From Mollicutes bacterium (GTDB taxonomy: Bacteria; Bacillota_I; Bacilli_A; RF39; UBA660), in NCBI GenBank assembly GCA_012521575.1, contig JAAYMD010000024.1:1-40966 (forward strand): 40,966 bases of DNA. Reading direction: 5' to 3'. The notes below the pieces were generated by a model. The model worked only from the letters and a program-made list of their open reading frames with translations, was not told the DNA's origin and ran no database searches. Made by a program: the position numbers and the translations under genes. Shown one piece after another: positions 1-8,873 of this stretch (position 1 is its first letter; each line of letters opens with the position of its first letter).

Positions 1-159
1 CTTATGCCGTACTCCAGCTATCCTTGGTTCCCTCGTGGCGGCAACTTCAACACTGGCGCGAATGCGGGCACGTTTAGCTTCAGCGGCAGCAATGGCACTG
101 CGTACTCGCACATCAGCTTCCGGCCGGTGGTTGCGCCTCTTGCCCCCTCTGCGCCGTAG
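1..159 (+). CDS. 3' end of an unidentified ORF in a G+C-rich block (partial, enters from window edge)
   Basis: Frame 1 is open from base 1 to TAG at 157-159 (...PYSSYPWFPRGGNFNTGANAGTFSFSGSNGTAYSHISFRPVVAPLAPSAP*). Third codon positions are mostly G/C, as expected for a real gene in G+C-rich DNA. A perfect hairpin follows the stop. Family not recognised. Absent from the ORF track because there is no start in the window. Confidence 0.35.
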   Translation, partial: LMPYSSYPWFPRGGNFNTGANAGTFSFSGSNGTAYSHISFRPVVAPLAPSAP

Positions 160-167
160 AAATTTAA

Positions 168-214
168 GGCACAAAAGCAAAGCTTTTGTGCCGGTTTGTC
201 GGGCGAAAGCCCGA
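168..214 (+). terminator. two consecutive G+C-rich hairpins downstream of the partial ORF
   Basis: GGCACAAAAGC-aaa-GCTTTTGTGCC (168-192, 11-bp perfect stem) and TCGGGC-GAAA-GCCCGA (199-214). There is no clean T-tract, so terminator function is inferred from position only. Confidence 0.35.
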
Positions 215-507
215 TTGTTTCGAAGGACAGTATACACGGAGACAGGAATAAAATAAAGAAAAAAGAAAGATGTGGCTTGGTGCACAAATGGCGCCATCCA
301 TCCTGCGGAAGCGAGATAGCAGTGGGTCGATTTTTGATACACAAATTCAAATGGGAGAACTAAAAATTTTAGAAAAGAAGTTATTTAATCTTGATTTTAA
401 ATTTATTATGGTTAAAACCTTTATATTTAAGTAGATTTATATATTATAATTTGAAACATAAAATTACCTTAAATTAAATTTTTTCGCAATTTAAATGGAT
501 AATCTAT

Positions 508-538
508 AAAACGACACAAAATCAAGTGTCGTTTTTTT
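508..538 (+). terminator. hairpin plus T7 run just upstream of spoIIGA (terminator-like; alternative reading as paired Spo0A-box-like cores)
   Basis: AAACGACAC-8 nt loop-GTGTCGTTT followed by TTTTTTT. The two arms contain CGACA / TGTCG cores. Confidence 0.4.
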
Positions 539-562
539 ATAATATAATTGGTTGGTGATAAT

Positions 563-1357
563 ATGACTCTTTATTTAGACCTTATTTTTCTTCTTAACTT
601 TGGTTTTGATTTTTTACTTTTATTAACAGTTTCATGGCTTTTAAGAAGAAATGCCAAAATTAGAAAAATGGTATTAGGTGCTATAATTGGGGCGTTAAGT
701 ATTTTTGTTTTATTTATTAAAATTAATTCTTTACAATTATTTTTTATTAAAGTAATTATTAGTTTTATTATGATTATTGTCTCCTTTGGTTATAAAAATT
801 TTAAATATACATTGAAAAATCTTTTATTCTTATATATTTCTAGCATTTTATTAGGAGGTTTTTTATATTATTTAAATGTTGAATTTGCATATAAACAAGA
901 AGGAATAGTTTTTTATCATCATGGTCTTAGTGTAAATTATTTTTTATTAGTCATATTATCACCAATTATTTTATATACTTATGTTAGACAAGGGAAGGAG
1001 CTCAAAAATCATTATAATAATTGTTATGAACTTGAATTATATCTTACTAAAACTAAAAAGATTTTATTAACTGGTTTTTTAGATACTGGTAACAAGCTGA
1101 AAGATCCTTATTTTCAAAGACCTGTTATTTTAATTAGTAAAAATGACTTAAATTATAACATAGATAAATTAAAAACAGTTTTAATCCCTTATTCTACTGT
1201 TAATGATCAAGGCTTACTGAAATGTATTATTCCTCACAAAATAATTATTAAAGGAGTTGGAGTTAAAACTAAATTTTTAGTAGGAGTGATGAATGACAAA
1301 ATTGAAATGGAAGGGGTAAATTGTATTTTACACTATCAATTATTGGAGGGTGGATAA
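563..1357 (+). CDS. spoIIGA: sigma-E processing peptidase SpoIIGA
   Basis: Polytopic N-terminal half and a C-terminal FLDTGNKL aspartic-protease motif. Lies directly upstream of sigE. ATG at 563 (MTLYLDLIFLLNF) is preferred over the tracked TTG at 548 because it follows GGTGGTGA and matches the usual N-terminus. Confidence 0.85.
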   Translation: MTLYLDLIFLLNFGFDFLLLLTVSWLLRRNAKIRKMVLGAIIGALSIFVLFIKINSLQLFFIKVIISFIMIIVSFGYKNFKYTLKNLLFLYISSILLGGFLYYLNVEFAYKQEGIVFYHHGLSVNYFLLVILSPIILYTYVRQGKELKNHYNNCYELELYLTKTKKILLTGFLDTGNKLKDPYFQRPVILISKNDLNYNIDKLKTVLIPYSTVNDQGLLKCIIPHKIIIKGVGVKTKFLVGVMNDKIEMEGVNCILHYQLLEGG

Positions 1358-1358
1358 T

Positions 1359-2048
1359 ATGAAAAAAATTATTAAATATTTATTAAGGCTTTTTGGTATT
1401 AAAAAAAGTATTTTTTTTGTAGGAAGCTCTGATAAATTACCAGAGCCACTTACCCGTGAAGAAGAAACAAATCTCATTATTAAAGCCTCTCAAGGTGATG
1501 AAAACGCTCGAAATAAACTAATTGAACATAATCTTCGTCTAGTTGTTTTTTTAGCTAAAAAATATGAAAATACAAAAGTTGATTTAGAAGATTTGGTAAG
1601 TATTGGGACAATAGGTTTGATAAAAGGGATAAATACTTATAAATTGGATAAAAACATTAAACTTGCAACCTATGCATCACGTTGTATTGATAATGAAATT
1701 TTGATGTTCTTAAGAAAGAATAAACGCCATCGTGGTGAAATTAGTTTTGAAGATAGTTTAAGTTATGATGCCGAAGGTAATGAGCTTCATTTGGAAGATA
1801 TTCTTGGAACTGATCCCAATATTGTAACCAAAGGGCTAGAAGAGGAAGTGGAAAGACAATTACTTTATCAAGAAATAAATAAATTAAGTGGTCGAGATAA
1901 AAAAATTATGATTTTAAGATATGGTTTGTATAATAATAAAGAAATGACACAAAAAGATGTTGCTGAACTTTTAAATATCAGTCAGTCCTATATTTCTAGA
2001 ATTGAAAAAAAGGTTATTAAAAAATTAAAAAATATTGTTAAGACATAA
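1359..2048 (+). CDS. sigE: sporulation sigma factor SigE (pro-sigma-E)
   Basis: Pro-sequence followed by LPEPLTREEE. Region 2 reads NLRLVVFLAKKYENT...DLVSIGTIGLIKGI...KLATYASRCIDNEILMFLRK. Region 4 HTH reads TQKDVAELLNISQSYISRIEKK. Adjacent to spoIIGA. ATG at 1359 sits 8 nt after GGAGGG. Confidence 0.9.
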   Translation: MKKIIKYLLRLFGIKKSIFFVGSSDKLPEPLTREEETNLIIKASQGDENARNKLIEHNLRLVVFLAKKYENTKVDLEDLVSIGTIGLIKGINTYKLDKNIKLATYASRCIDNEILMFLRKNKRHRGEISFEDSLSYDAEGNELHLEDILGTDPNIVTKGLEEEVERQLLYQEINKLSGRDKKIMILRYGLYNNKEMTQKDVAELLNISQSYISRIEKKVIKKLKNIVKT

Positions 2049-2139
2049 TTGTTTTACAAATTAATATAAAAAATGTTATAATAAATACATAAGAACATTA
2101 CAGCTATATTTAGAATTGTAAAGAAAGTAGGGGGAACTA

Positions 2140-3747
2140 ATGAAACAAAAAATTATACCATTTATTATTACTATTGTTTTAGGATCATTACTTTATTACG
2201 TTATGTTGCCACCATTAAATTTATCTGACCCATCGTTTTATCCATTTGCTATTTTTCTTGCCACTATTTATTATGTAAGTGTTCAAATTTCTAAATTTAA
2301 ATTAAACAACAATATTATTATTAAAGTTAAATCAAAAAATAGTAAACAATGGGAAGAAATGTATTTTGTCATAGGATTTGTAGCAGTATTTGTATTGATT
2401 ATGTTTGTTAACCTTATTAATTCACCATTTTTTAATGCTAGTAAGTATTATAATCGTATTACTATTCAAGAAGACGGTGTATTTGAAAAAGATGTTCCAG
2501 AAGTTGATTTTAATGCATTACCCCTTCTTGATAAAGATTCAAGCCAAAAACTAGGTGATCGTGTAATGGGTCAGATGCCAGAATTAGTTTCACAGTTTTC
2601 TGTTTCAAACCTTTATACTCAAATTAATTATAACAATGAAATTGTGCGTGTTACTCCACTTGAATATGCTGATATTATTAAGTATTTTACCAATCGTAAA
2701 AATGGAGTTAAGGGGTATATAATTGTTAATTCAGTAAACGGTAAAGTTGAATTAGTTAAACTTGATAAAGGTATGAAATATATGCCTTCAGCTTTATTTA
2801 ATGAAAATTTAAAACGAAAATTGAGATTTACTTATCCAACAACCATTTTTGGACCAGAAAAATTCGAAATCGATGAAGAAGGTAATCCTTATTGGGTAGT
2901 TCCTACTATTAAATATGCAGGTGTTGGTCTTCGCCCTGAGGTGACAGGAGTTGTTGTTTTAGATCCAATCACAGGGAAATCAACCAAATACAAAGTAGGA
3001 GAAGTTCCAAGTTGGATTGACCAAGTTTATCCATCTAGTTTAATTCTTGAACAAGTTAATGATTGGGGTAAATATAAATTAGGTTTTTGGAATTCAATTT
3101 TTGGTCAAAAAAGTGTCGTTGCAACGACAGAAGGTTATAATTATCTGGTAATGAAAGATGATGTTTATTTATATACAGGTATTACATCAGTTGTTGCTGA
3201 TGAATCAAACTTAGGTTTTATTTTAACCAATTTAAGAACTAAGGATACAGTTTTTTATGCAGTATCTGGTGCAGAAGAATATTCAGCAATGGCAAGTGCC
3301 GAGGGGCAAGTTCAGCATCTTAATTATCGTGCAACTTTCCCACTTTTAATCAATTTAAATAATACCCCAACTTATCTTTTATCGCTTAAGGATAACGCTG
3401 GTTTAGTAAAAATGTATGCTTTGGTTGATGTTACCGATTATCAAAAAGTAGCTGTAAGCGATGCTAAAGATGGTATTGAAGCCGTTGTTCAAAAATATCT
3501 AGGTAACGATGATGCAACAACTGACACAGATACTTTAATTACTAAAGATATCACAATTTCTAAAATTAAAGATGCTATTATTGATGGTACAACTTATTAC
3601 TACATAATTGATACTAATAACAATAAATATAAATTATCTATTAAGGTAAGTCCAAATACGGTACCTTTTATGGAAGTTGGAGAAACCTTTAATGTAAGTT
3701 ATAAAGAATTAGCTGATATATATGAAATTGTAAAAATAAATGATTAA
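2140..3747 (+). CDS. hypothetical membrane-anchored protein (N-terminal TM helices, large extracytoplasmic domain)
   Basis: 535-aa ORF with RBS GGGGGA. Hydrophobic segments at residues ~5-25, ~33-50 and ~73-93. Own TGtTATAAT-type promoter upstream and a terminator downstream. Family not recognised. Confidence 0.6.
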   Translation: MKQKIIPFIITIVLGSLLYYVMLPPLNLSDPSFYPFAIFLATIYYVSVQISKFKLNNNIIIKVKSKNSKQWEEMYFVIGFVAVFVLIMFVNLINSPFFNASKYYNRITIQEDGVFEKDVPEVDFNALPLLDKDSSQKLGDRVMGQMPELVSQFSVSNLYTQINYNNEIVRVTPLEYADIIKYFTNRKNGVKGYIIVNSVNGKVELVKLDKGMKYMPSALFNENLKRKLRFTYPTTIFGPEKFEIDEEGNPYWVVPTIKYAGVGLRPEVTGVVVLDPITGKSTKYKVGEVPSWIDQVYPSSLILEQVNDWGKYKLGFWNSIFGQKSVVATTEGYNYLVMKDDVYLYTGITSVVADESNLGFILTNLRTKDTVFYAVSGAEEYSAMASAEGQVQHLNYRATFPLLINLNNTPTYLLSLKDNAGLVKMYALVDVTDYQKVAVSDAKDGIEAVVQKYLGNDDATTDTDTLITKDITISKIKDAIIDGTTYYYIIDTNNNKYKLSIKVSPNTVPFMEVGETFNVSYKELADIYEIVKIND

Positions 3748-3772
3748 ACCTATAAAATTTATAGGTTTTTTT
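3747..3772 (+). terminator. intrinsic terminator after the 535-aa ORF
   Basis: ACCTATA-aaatt-TATAGGT followed by a T7 run. A second hairpin with a T-run (AAGAGT...ACTCTTTTTTT) lies about 60 nt further on. Confidence 0.6.
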
Positions 3773-3885
3773 AATTTGAAAAAAGGCTTAATAACAAATT
3801 AAAAACAAAAAATTAAGAGTTATAAAATACTCTTTTTTTAATTAATTTTATTTTTAATGTATATAATGAATAAAGGGGGAAAATA

Positions 3886-4629
3886 ATGCAAAACGATTCA
3901 TTAAATAATTTTATTTATGGAAAAGAAAAACGACTTCAATTACTTACATTCGCATCACAAGATATTTCTCATATAAGTCAATTGTTAGGTGAAATTACAC
4001 TTGATTTAATGGATCAGTGCTACAAACATACTGTTGAATTTGATGAATATAATAAAAAGAAAAACAAGAAATATAATAAAATAAAAAAACAAGTAAAAAA
4101 TCAACTAAAGGATTTATTATTTATTCAAAAGGAATTTATTCAAAAATTTTTACAATCAGGAAAAAAAACAAAGGAAGAGTTATATGAATATGTTTATGCA
4201 TATCAAATGTATGATTTATTTTATGAACAATATTTATACCGCGTGTTAATTAAATCTTTAAAACAAGAATTTCCAGAAAATTTTTGGATTAAACATGATT
4301 TGCGCAAACACTTAGTTGGACATTTTAAAGCCGATAATTATACATTATATTTAGATACAAAACAAGAAATAAGCACTGGTCGTGTTAATTTTAATTTCCA
4401 ACAGCCACTGGCTATTATTGATAAATATGTAAATGATTTTAATAAAAAAAATAAAACTATTACTAAGTTAGATTTGATTAAAGAAATAGGTAATGTCGTT
4501 AATAATTATCCTTATCAAAAAGTTTTGCTATTACATATGCCATTTAAAGATTCTATAAATAATTTAGTTGATGACATAAAAGTTTCCTTAGACTTAGAAA
4601 AAGCAAAGATATATAAAAAAATATATTAA
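3886..4629 (+). CDS. hypothetical protein (Lys/Tyr-rich, no TM segment)
   Basis: 247-aa ORF preceded by AAAGGGGGA. Sits between sigE and sigG. Family not recognised. Confidence 0.5.
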   Translation: MQNDSLNNFIYGKEKRLQLLTFASQDISHISQLLGEITLDLMDQCYKHTVEFDEYNKKKNKKYNKIKKQVKNQLKDLLFIQKEFIQKFLQSGKKTKEELYEYVYAYQMYDLFYEQYLYRVLIKSLKQEFPENFWIKHDLRKHLVGHFKADNYTLYLDTKQEISTGRVNFNFQQPLAIIDKYVNDFNKKNKTITKLDLIKEIGNVVNNYPYQKVLLLHMPFKDSINNLVDDIKVSLDLEKAKIYKKIY

Positions 4630-4688
4630 TTAAAATGAATAAAAAATCTCCAAACATTCCAATATAGGTATGAAAGGAGATTTTTTCT

Positions 4689-5465
4689 ATGGCGCGCTAC
4701 AAGGTAGAAATAAGTGGCGTGAATACTGCGAATATTAAAGTTTTAACAAATGAGGAAATGATTGAATTATTTAAAAGGATGCAAAATGGTGATAATAGTG
4801 CAAAAGAACAATTAATTAATGGTAATTTGAAATTAGTTTTAAGTATCTTAAAAAAATTTAGTAATCGAACTGATAATATGGATGATTTATTTCAAGTTGG
4901 ATGTATTGGTTTAATTAAGGCTATAGATAACTTTGATTTAAAACATGAGGTGCGTTTTTCGACTTATGCTGTTCCTATGATTTTAGGTGAAGTGAAGCGC
5001 TATCTTAGAGATAATAATAGTATTCGGGTCGCCCGAAGTATTAAAGATATAGCATATAAAGCGTTAACTGTTAAAGAACAGTTAACCAATACTTTAGGTC
5101 GTGAACCCACAGTTCAAATAATTGCCCAAGAATTAGGATTATCTGAATTTGAAGTCAATAATGCTATTGATTCAATGAAAGATACTATAAGTATGTATGA
5201 GCCAATTTATAATGATGGCGGAGATACTATTTATTTGGCTGATCAATTAAGTGATAAAGATAAAAATTATTATAGTCAAGAACTTCATATCGCGCTTCGT
5301 GAAGCGTTATCCAAACTAAAAGAAAAAGAGAAATACATCATTTATTCGAGGTATATAGTTGGAAAAACTCAAATGGAGTTAGCAAGCGAAATCGGTATTT
5401 CTCAAGCTCAAATATCAAGACTGGAAAAAAGCGGATTAGAAGCTTTAAAAAAAATGATTGATTAG
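4689..5465 (+). CDS. sigG: sporulation sigma factor SigG
   Basis: VEISGVNT...NGNLKLVLSILKKFSNRTDNMDDLFQVGCIGLIKAIDNFDLKHEVRFSTYAVPMILGEVKRYLRDNNSIRVARS is the SigF/SigG signature. Its position downstream of sigE favours sigG. Confidence 0.85.
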   Translation: MARYKVEISGVNTANIKVLTNEEMIELFKRMQNGDNSAKEQLINGNLKLVLSILKKFSNRTDNMDDLFQVGCIGLIKAIDNFDLKHEVRFSTYAVPMILGEVKRYLRDNNSIRVARSIKDIAYKALTVKEQLTNTLGREPTVQIIAQELGLSEFEVNNAIDSMKDTISMYEPIYNDGGDTIYLADQLSDKDKNYYSQELHIALREALSKLKEKEKYIIYSRYIVGKTQMELASEIGISQAQISRLEKSGLEALKKMID

Positions 5466-5508
5466 TCATTATTCTAATAGTTAAAAATATAATTAATTAG
5501 GTGGTGCG

Positions 5509-5739
5509 ATGCGATTATCTGAATTACAAGATAAAGATGTTGTAAATGTAAATGATGGTAAAAAAATAGGTAATATTATTGATATTATCATTAGTAGTGA
5601 TGGTAAAATGAATGGATTAATTATTGAAAAAACAAAATTTTTAATATCAATGTTTTCTACAAGAGATGAAATTGAAATAAAATGGGATCAAATTGAAAAA
5701 ATAGGTGAGGATGTAATTTTAGTTAAATCAAATAATTAA
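5509..5739 (+). CDS. ylmC: YlmC/YmxH family sporulation protein (PRC-barrel)
   Basis: 76 aa, MRLSELQDKDVVNVNDGKKIGNIIDIII...IKWDQIEKIGEDVILV. Matches the YlmC/YmxH pattern and its usual position after sigG. Confidence 0.8.
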   Translation: MRLSELQDKDVVNVNDGKKIGNIIDIIISSDGKMNGLIIEKTKFLISMFSTRDEIEIKWDQIEKIGEDVILVKSNN

Positions 5740-5753
5740 ATAAATATGTAATA

Positions 5754-5797
5754 AAAAACTAGGCAACCTAGGAAAAGATACCTAGTTTTTATTTTTT
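5754..5797 (+). terminator. intrinsic terminator after ylmC
   Basis: Alternative CTAGG/CCTAG stems (AAAAACTAGG ... CCTAGTTTTT) followed by a T-rich run. Confidence 0.55.
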
Positions 5798-5936
5798 AAT
5801 ACATAATCGATTGTATAAACAGATATTCAAATATAATACAACAATAATTTAACATAATATTTTTAAAACCCTGCAATTTACTCTTAAAAGTAGATTTTAT
5901 TTGCGAGATTTGTTATAATTTAAACGGTGGTAAGAA

Positions 5937-6935
5937 GTGAAGAAAAATATTATTTTAGGGACATTAATAATTATTATATCGATTATTATAGTTGTTTTTA
6001 TTACAAACACAGAAAAAATGTTTTCCAAAAATTATTTTTATATGGATACATTAATAAATGTTAAAATTTATGCTAAAGAAAAAGAATTAGGAAATATTTT
6101 CTCGGAAATAGATAAAATATACAATGATTATCATAAGTTAACAGATCGTTTTAATAGTTATGATAATTTAATTAATGTTTATTATATAAATAATAATGAT
6201 TTATCTGATGAAACATTAACTATTGATAATCGTTTATATGAAATGCTAGAATATAGCCTAAAGTGGAAAGAAAAAACAAACGGACTATTTAACATTGAAT
6301 TTGGAAATGTTATTGCTATTTGGAAAGAGTTTTTACAAGGGGATTCTAATCTTCCAACCCAAGAACAACTGGAAAATGCTGTTCAAGAAACCAAAGAAGT
6401 TAAACTTTTAGGAAATAATCAAATTTTAAATAATAAACCAAATATTGATTTAGGTGGAGTTGCAAAAGGATATGCTACATCCAAAGTAGGTGATTATTTA
6501 AAGGAAAAAGGCTTTGATAAATTTGTTATTAATGCAGGGGGACATGTTTTAGTAGGAAGCAAGTATCGTCCATCAAGTTATAAAATTGGGATTAAAAATC
6601 CAATTAAACCAAATGAAAATTTAACTATTGTTAATGGTGAAAATATATGCGTTGCCACAAGTGGTAGTTACGAACGTTTTTATGAATATGAAGGAAAAAT
6701 ATATAGTCATATTATCAATCCAAAGACTTTACACCCAGCAGATTATATGAAAAGTGTAACAGTAATATCAAATGACAGTAAACTTAACGATATCTTAACT
6801 ACTACTTTGTTTTTAATGTCTATTGATGAAGGTGTTGAATTTGTTAACAACTTTGATGGTGTTGAGGCAATTTGGGTATCTAATGATAATGAAATAATTA
6901 GAAGCAAAGGATTCGATAAATATGAACAAAAGTGA
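5937..6935 (+). CDS. apbE: FAD:protein FMN transferase (ApbE family), membrane-anchored/extracytoplasmic
   Basis: N-terminal signal-anchor, then DLGGVAKGYA, NAGGHV and ATSGSYERF motifs typical of ApbE. GTG start after GGTGG. Confidence 0.85.
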   Translation: MKKNIILGTLIIIISIIIVVFITNTEKMFSKNYFYMDTLINVKIYAKEKELGNIFSEIDKIYNDYHKLTDRFNSYDNLINVYYINNNDLSDETLTIDNRLYEMLEYSLKWKEKTNGLFNIEFGNVIAIWKEFLQGDSNLPTQEQLENAVQETKEVKLLGNNQILNNKPNIDLGGVAKGYATSKVGDYLKEKGFDKFVINAGGHVLVGSKYRPSSYKIGIKNPIKPNENLTIVNGENICVATSGSYERFYEYEGKIYSHIINPKTLHPADYMKSVTVISNDSKLNDILTTTLFLMSIDEGVEFVNNFDGVEAIWVSNDNEIIRSKGFDKYEQK

Positions 6936-7287
6936 TATAAAATTAATTTTTATTTTATTAATTGTTTCGACATTGACAATTGGTATTATGAAACTGAAAA
7001 GTAGTGAAGGAACCAAAGAAGCGAAAGTATATTATCAAAATGATTTATTATTGACTATTCCATTAAATCAAAATTTTAATAAAACATATACGGTAAATGG
7101 AGAAAATGGTGATGTAGTTATTGAAGTGGAAAATGATAAAATTAGAGTCGTTGAAGAAATAAGCCCTCTACATTTGTGTTCTAAACAAGGATGGATTAAA
7201 GAAACATATGAATCAATTGTTTGCTTACCAAACAAAATAATTATAAAAATAGAAGCATCAAATGAACTTGATGCGGTAGTAGAATAG
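6922..7287 (+). CDS. NusG domain II-containing protein
   Basis: 121 aa with an N-terminal TM helix and a C-terminal ...LHLCSKQGWIKETYESIVCLPNKIIIKIE signature (Cys...GWI...IVCLPN). Usual partner of ApbE and Gx transporter genes. Confidence 0.75.
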   Translation: MNKSDIKLIFILLIVSTLTIGIMKLKSSEGTKEAKVYYQNDLLLTIPLNQNFNKTYTVNGENGDVVIEVENDKIRVVEEISPLHLCSKQGWIKETYESIVCLPNKIIIKIEASNELDAVVE

Positions 7288-7294
7288 GTGAAAT

Positions 7295-7807
7295 ATGGAG
7301 TTACAAAAAAATGCTAGGCTTTCATTATTATTAGCTTTTGCAGTTGTGTTAAATATTATTGAAAATTCTATTCCTTTGTTTGGGGGGCATATTCCTGGTT
7401 TAAAGCTTGGGTTAGCAAATTCAATTATTTTGTTTGTCCTATATATATATTCATTTAAAGATGCTATGTATATTTCCATTTTACGAGTGTTTTTGGTGGC
7501 AATTTTAAGAACGGGAGTTTTTAGCCAAGCTTTTTTCTTTAGTTTGATGGGTGCTTTATTAAGTGGAGGTGCGATGTTTTTAACTAAAAAATTTACTAAA
7601 CTATCAATTGTTGGAGTAAGTATTGTTGGCTCTATTTTCCATAGTATTGGACAAGTACTTATGGCAATTATTATTTTAAATAATAATATGATTTATTATT
7701 TGCCATGGTTATTAATATTTTCAATTCCAACGGGAATAATAGTAGGGATAATTAGTAAAGAATTAGTAAACTATTTTAAAAATGATTTGCAAAATTTTGA
7801 AAATTGA
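7295..7807 (+). CDS. Gx transporter family protein (heptaprenyl-diphosphate-synthase-component-I-like fold)
   Basis: 170-aa polytopic membrane protein (ENSIPLFGGHIPGLKLGLAN...) immediately downstream of the NusG-II gene. Confidence 0.7.
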   Translation: MELQKNARLSLLLAFAVVLNIIENSIPLFGGHIPGLKLGLANSIILFVLYIYSFKDAMYISILRVFLVAILRTGVFSQAFFFSLMGALLSGGAMFLTKKFTKLSIVGVSIVGSIFHSIGQVLMAIIILNNNMIYYLPWLLIFSIPTGIIVGIISKELVNYFKNDLQNFEN

Positions 7808-7856
7808 TATATAATTCTATATGGAAAATAAAAAGTAGTAGAGTAGGAGGAATAAT

Positions 7857-8315
7857 ATGAAAAAATACTTAGTTGGGCTAATTATGATTAGTCTTGTTTT
7901 AGCAACAGGATGTACCAAAGTAGAAGAAATGGGAGAATACAAAGAAGGAACTTACTTTGGTAGTTTTACTGATAGCTATGATGGAAAAGAAAGTGTTGCC
8001 ACTGCCGTTGTGTATGTTGATGAAAATGGAAAAATCGAATCTGTCTTTTTAGATACTACTTATGAACATGACGGGGTTTTGACAACGAAAAAAACTTTAG
8101 GTGATGATTATGGTATGAAAGTTGCATCACCAATCGGTAAAGAATGGCATGAACAAATTAAAGTTTTAGAAGACAAAATTGTTGCTGAACAAGGACTAGA
8201 TTGGTTAGAGTGGAAAGATGAACAACAAACTGAAACTGATTCAGTAAGTGGGGTTACGATTAAAATTAATGCTTTGTATAAAGCTGTAGAAGATGCTTTA
8301 AACCAAGCAAAATAG
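7857..8315 (+). CDS. FMN-binding domain lipoprotein (probable ApbE substrate)
   Basis: Lipobox LATGC (Cys19) and a C-terminal DSVSGVT motif that resembles the D..SGAT flavinylation site. RBS AGGAGG. Confidence 0.75.
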   Translation: MKKYLVGLIMISLVLATGCTKVEEMGEYKEGTYFGSFTDSYDGKESVATAVVYVDENGKIESVFLDTTYEHDGVLTTKKTLGDDYGMKVASPIGKEWHEQIKVLEDKIVAEQGLDWLEWKDEQQTETDSVSGVTIKINALYKAVEDALNQAK

Positions 8316-8317
8316 TC

Positions 8318-8345
8318 AAAAAGCATATCTTAAATATGCTTTTTT
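8318..8345 (+). terminator. intrinsic terminator
   Basis: AAAAAGCATAT-cttaa-ATATGCTTTTTT. Confidence 0.6.
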
Positions 8346-8414
8346 AATTTTTGAATAATTGTCAAACTTTATAATTAAAAACATTCATGATATAATAATT
8401 ATGGTGATGCTTCT

Positions 8415-8873
8415 ATGTATAAAAAAATAGGGCTAATTAGTTTAATATGTTTATTCGTTGATCAACTAACTAAATTCATTGTTATTAGTAAAATGAGTTT
8501 ATTTAGCAGTATAGAAGTAATAAAATCTTTTTTTTCAATAACATATGTTAGAAATTATGGTGCTGCTTGGAGTATTTTAGAAGGTAGTAATATTTTTCTA
8601 ATTCTTTTTGCCCTTTCATCTTTATTTTTAATTTATTGGTTATTTATTAAAAACCATAAACTTTCTAAATTAGATATTATTACTTATGGAATGTTGATTG
8701 GAGGAATAATAGGTAATCTAATTGATCGTATCATTTATGGTTATGTTATCGATTTTTTAGATTTCAATATTTTCAAATATGATTATCCAGTATTTAACAT
8801 GGCAGATGTCTTTATTGTTGTTGCAGTAGGCTTAATTATTTTCTCAATATTGAGAGGGAAAGATGCTGCATGA
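8415..8873 (+). CDS. lspA: lipoprotein signal peptidase II
   Basis: NYGAAWSIL, GNLIDR and FNMAD motifs, with four TM segments. Confidence 0.9.
   Translation: MYKKIGLISLICLFVDQLTKFIVISKMSLFSSIEVIKSFFSITYVRNYGAAWSILEGSNIFLILFALSSLFLIYWLFIKNHKLSKLDIITYGMLIGGIIGNLIDRIIYGYVIDFLDFNIFKYDYPVFNMADVFIVVAVGLIIFSILRGKDAA

Noticed and set aside
18-350. Tracked ORFs 18..350(-) and 35..256(+) in the G+C-rich block
   Set aside because: Their Ala/Arg/Leu/Pro-rich composition is typical of off-frame translation of G+C-rich DNA, and neither has an RBS. Frame 1 (1-159) has the coding-like third-position bias instead.
4637-4666. Forespore-type (sigma-F/G) promoter upstream of sigG (GAATA-18-CAATATA)
   Set aside because: It only partly matches my recollection of the GHATR / CATnnTA consensus. 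In DNA this A+T-rich such matches are expected by chance.
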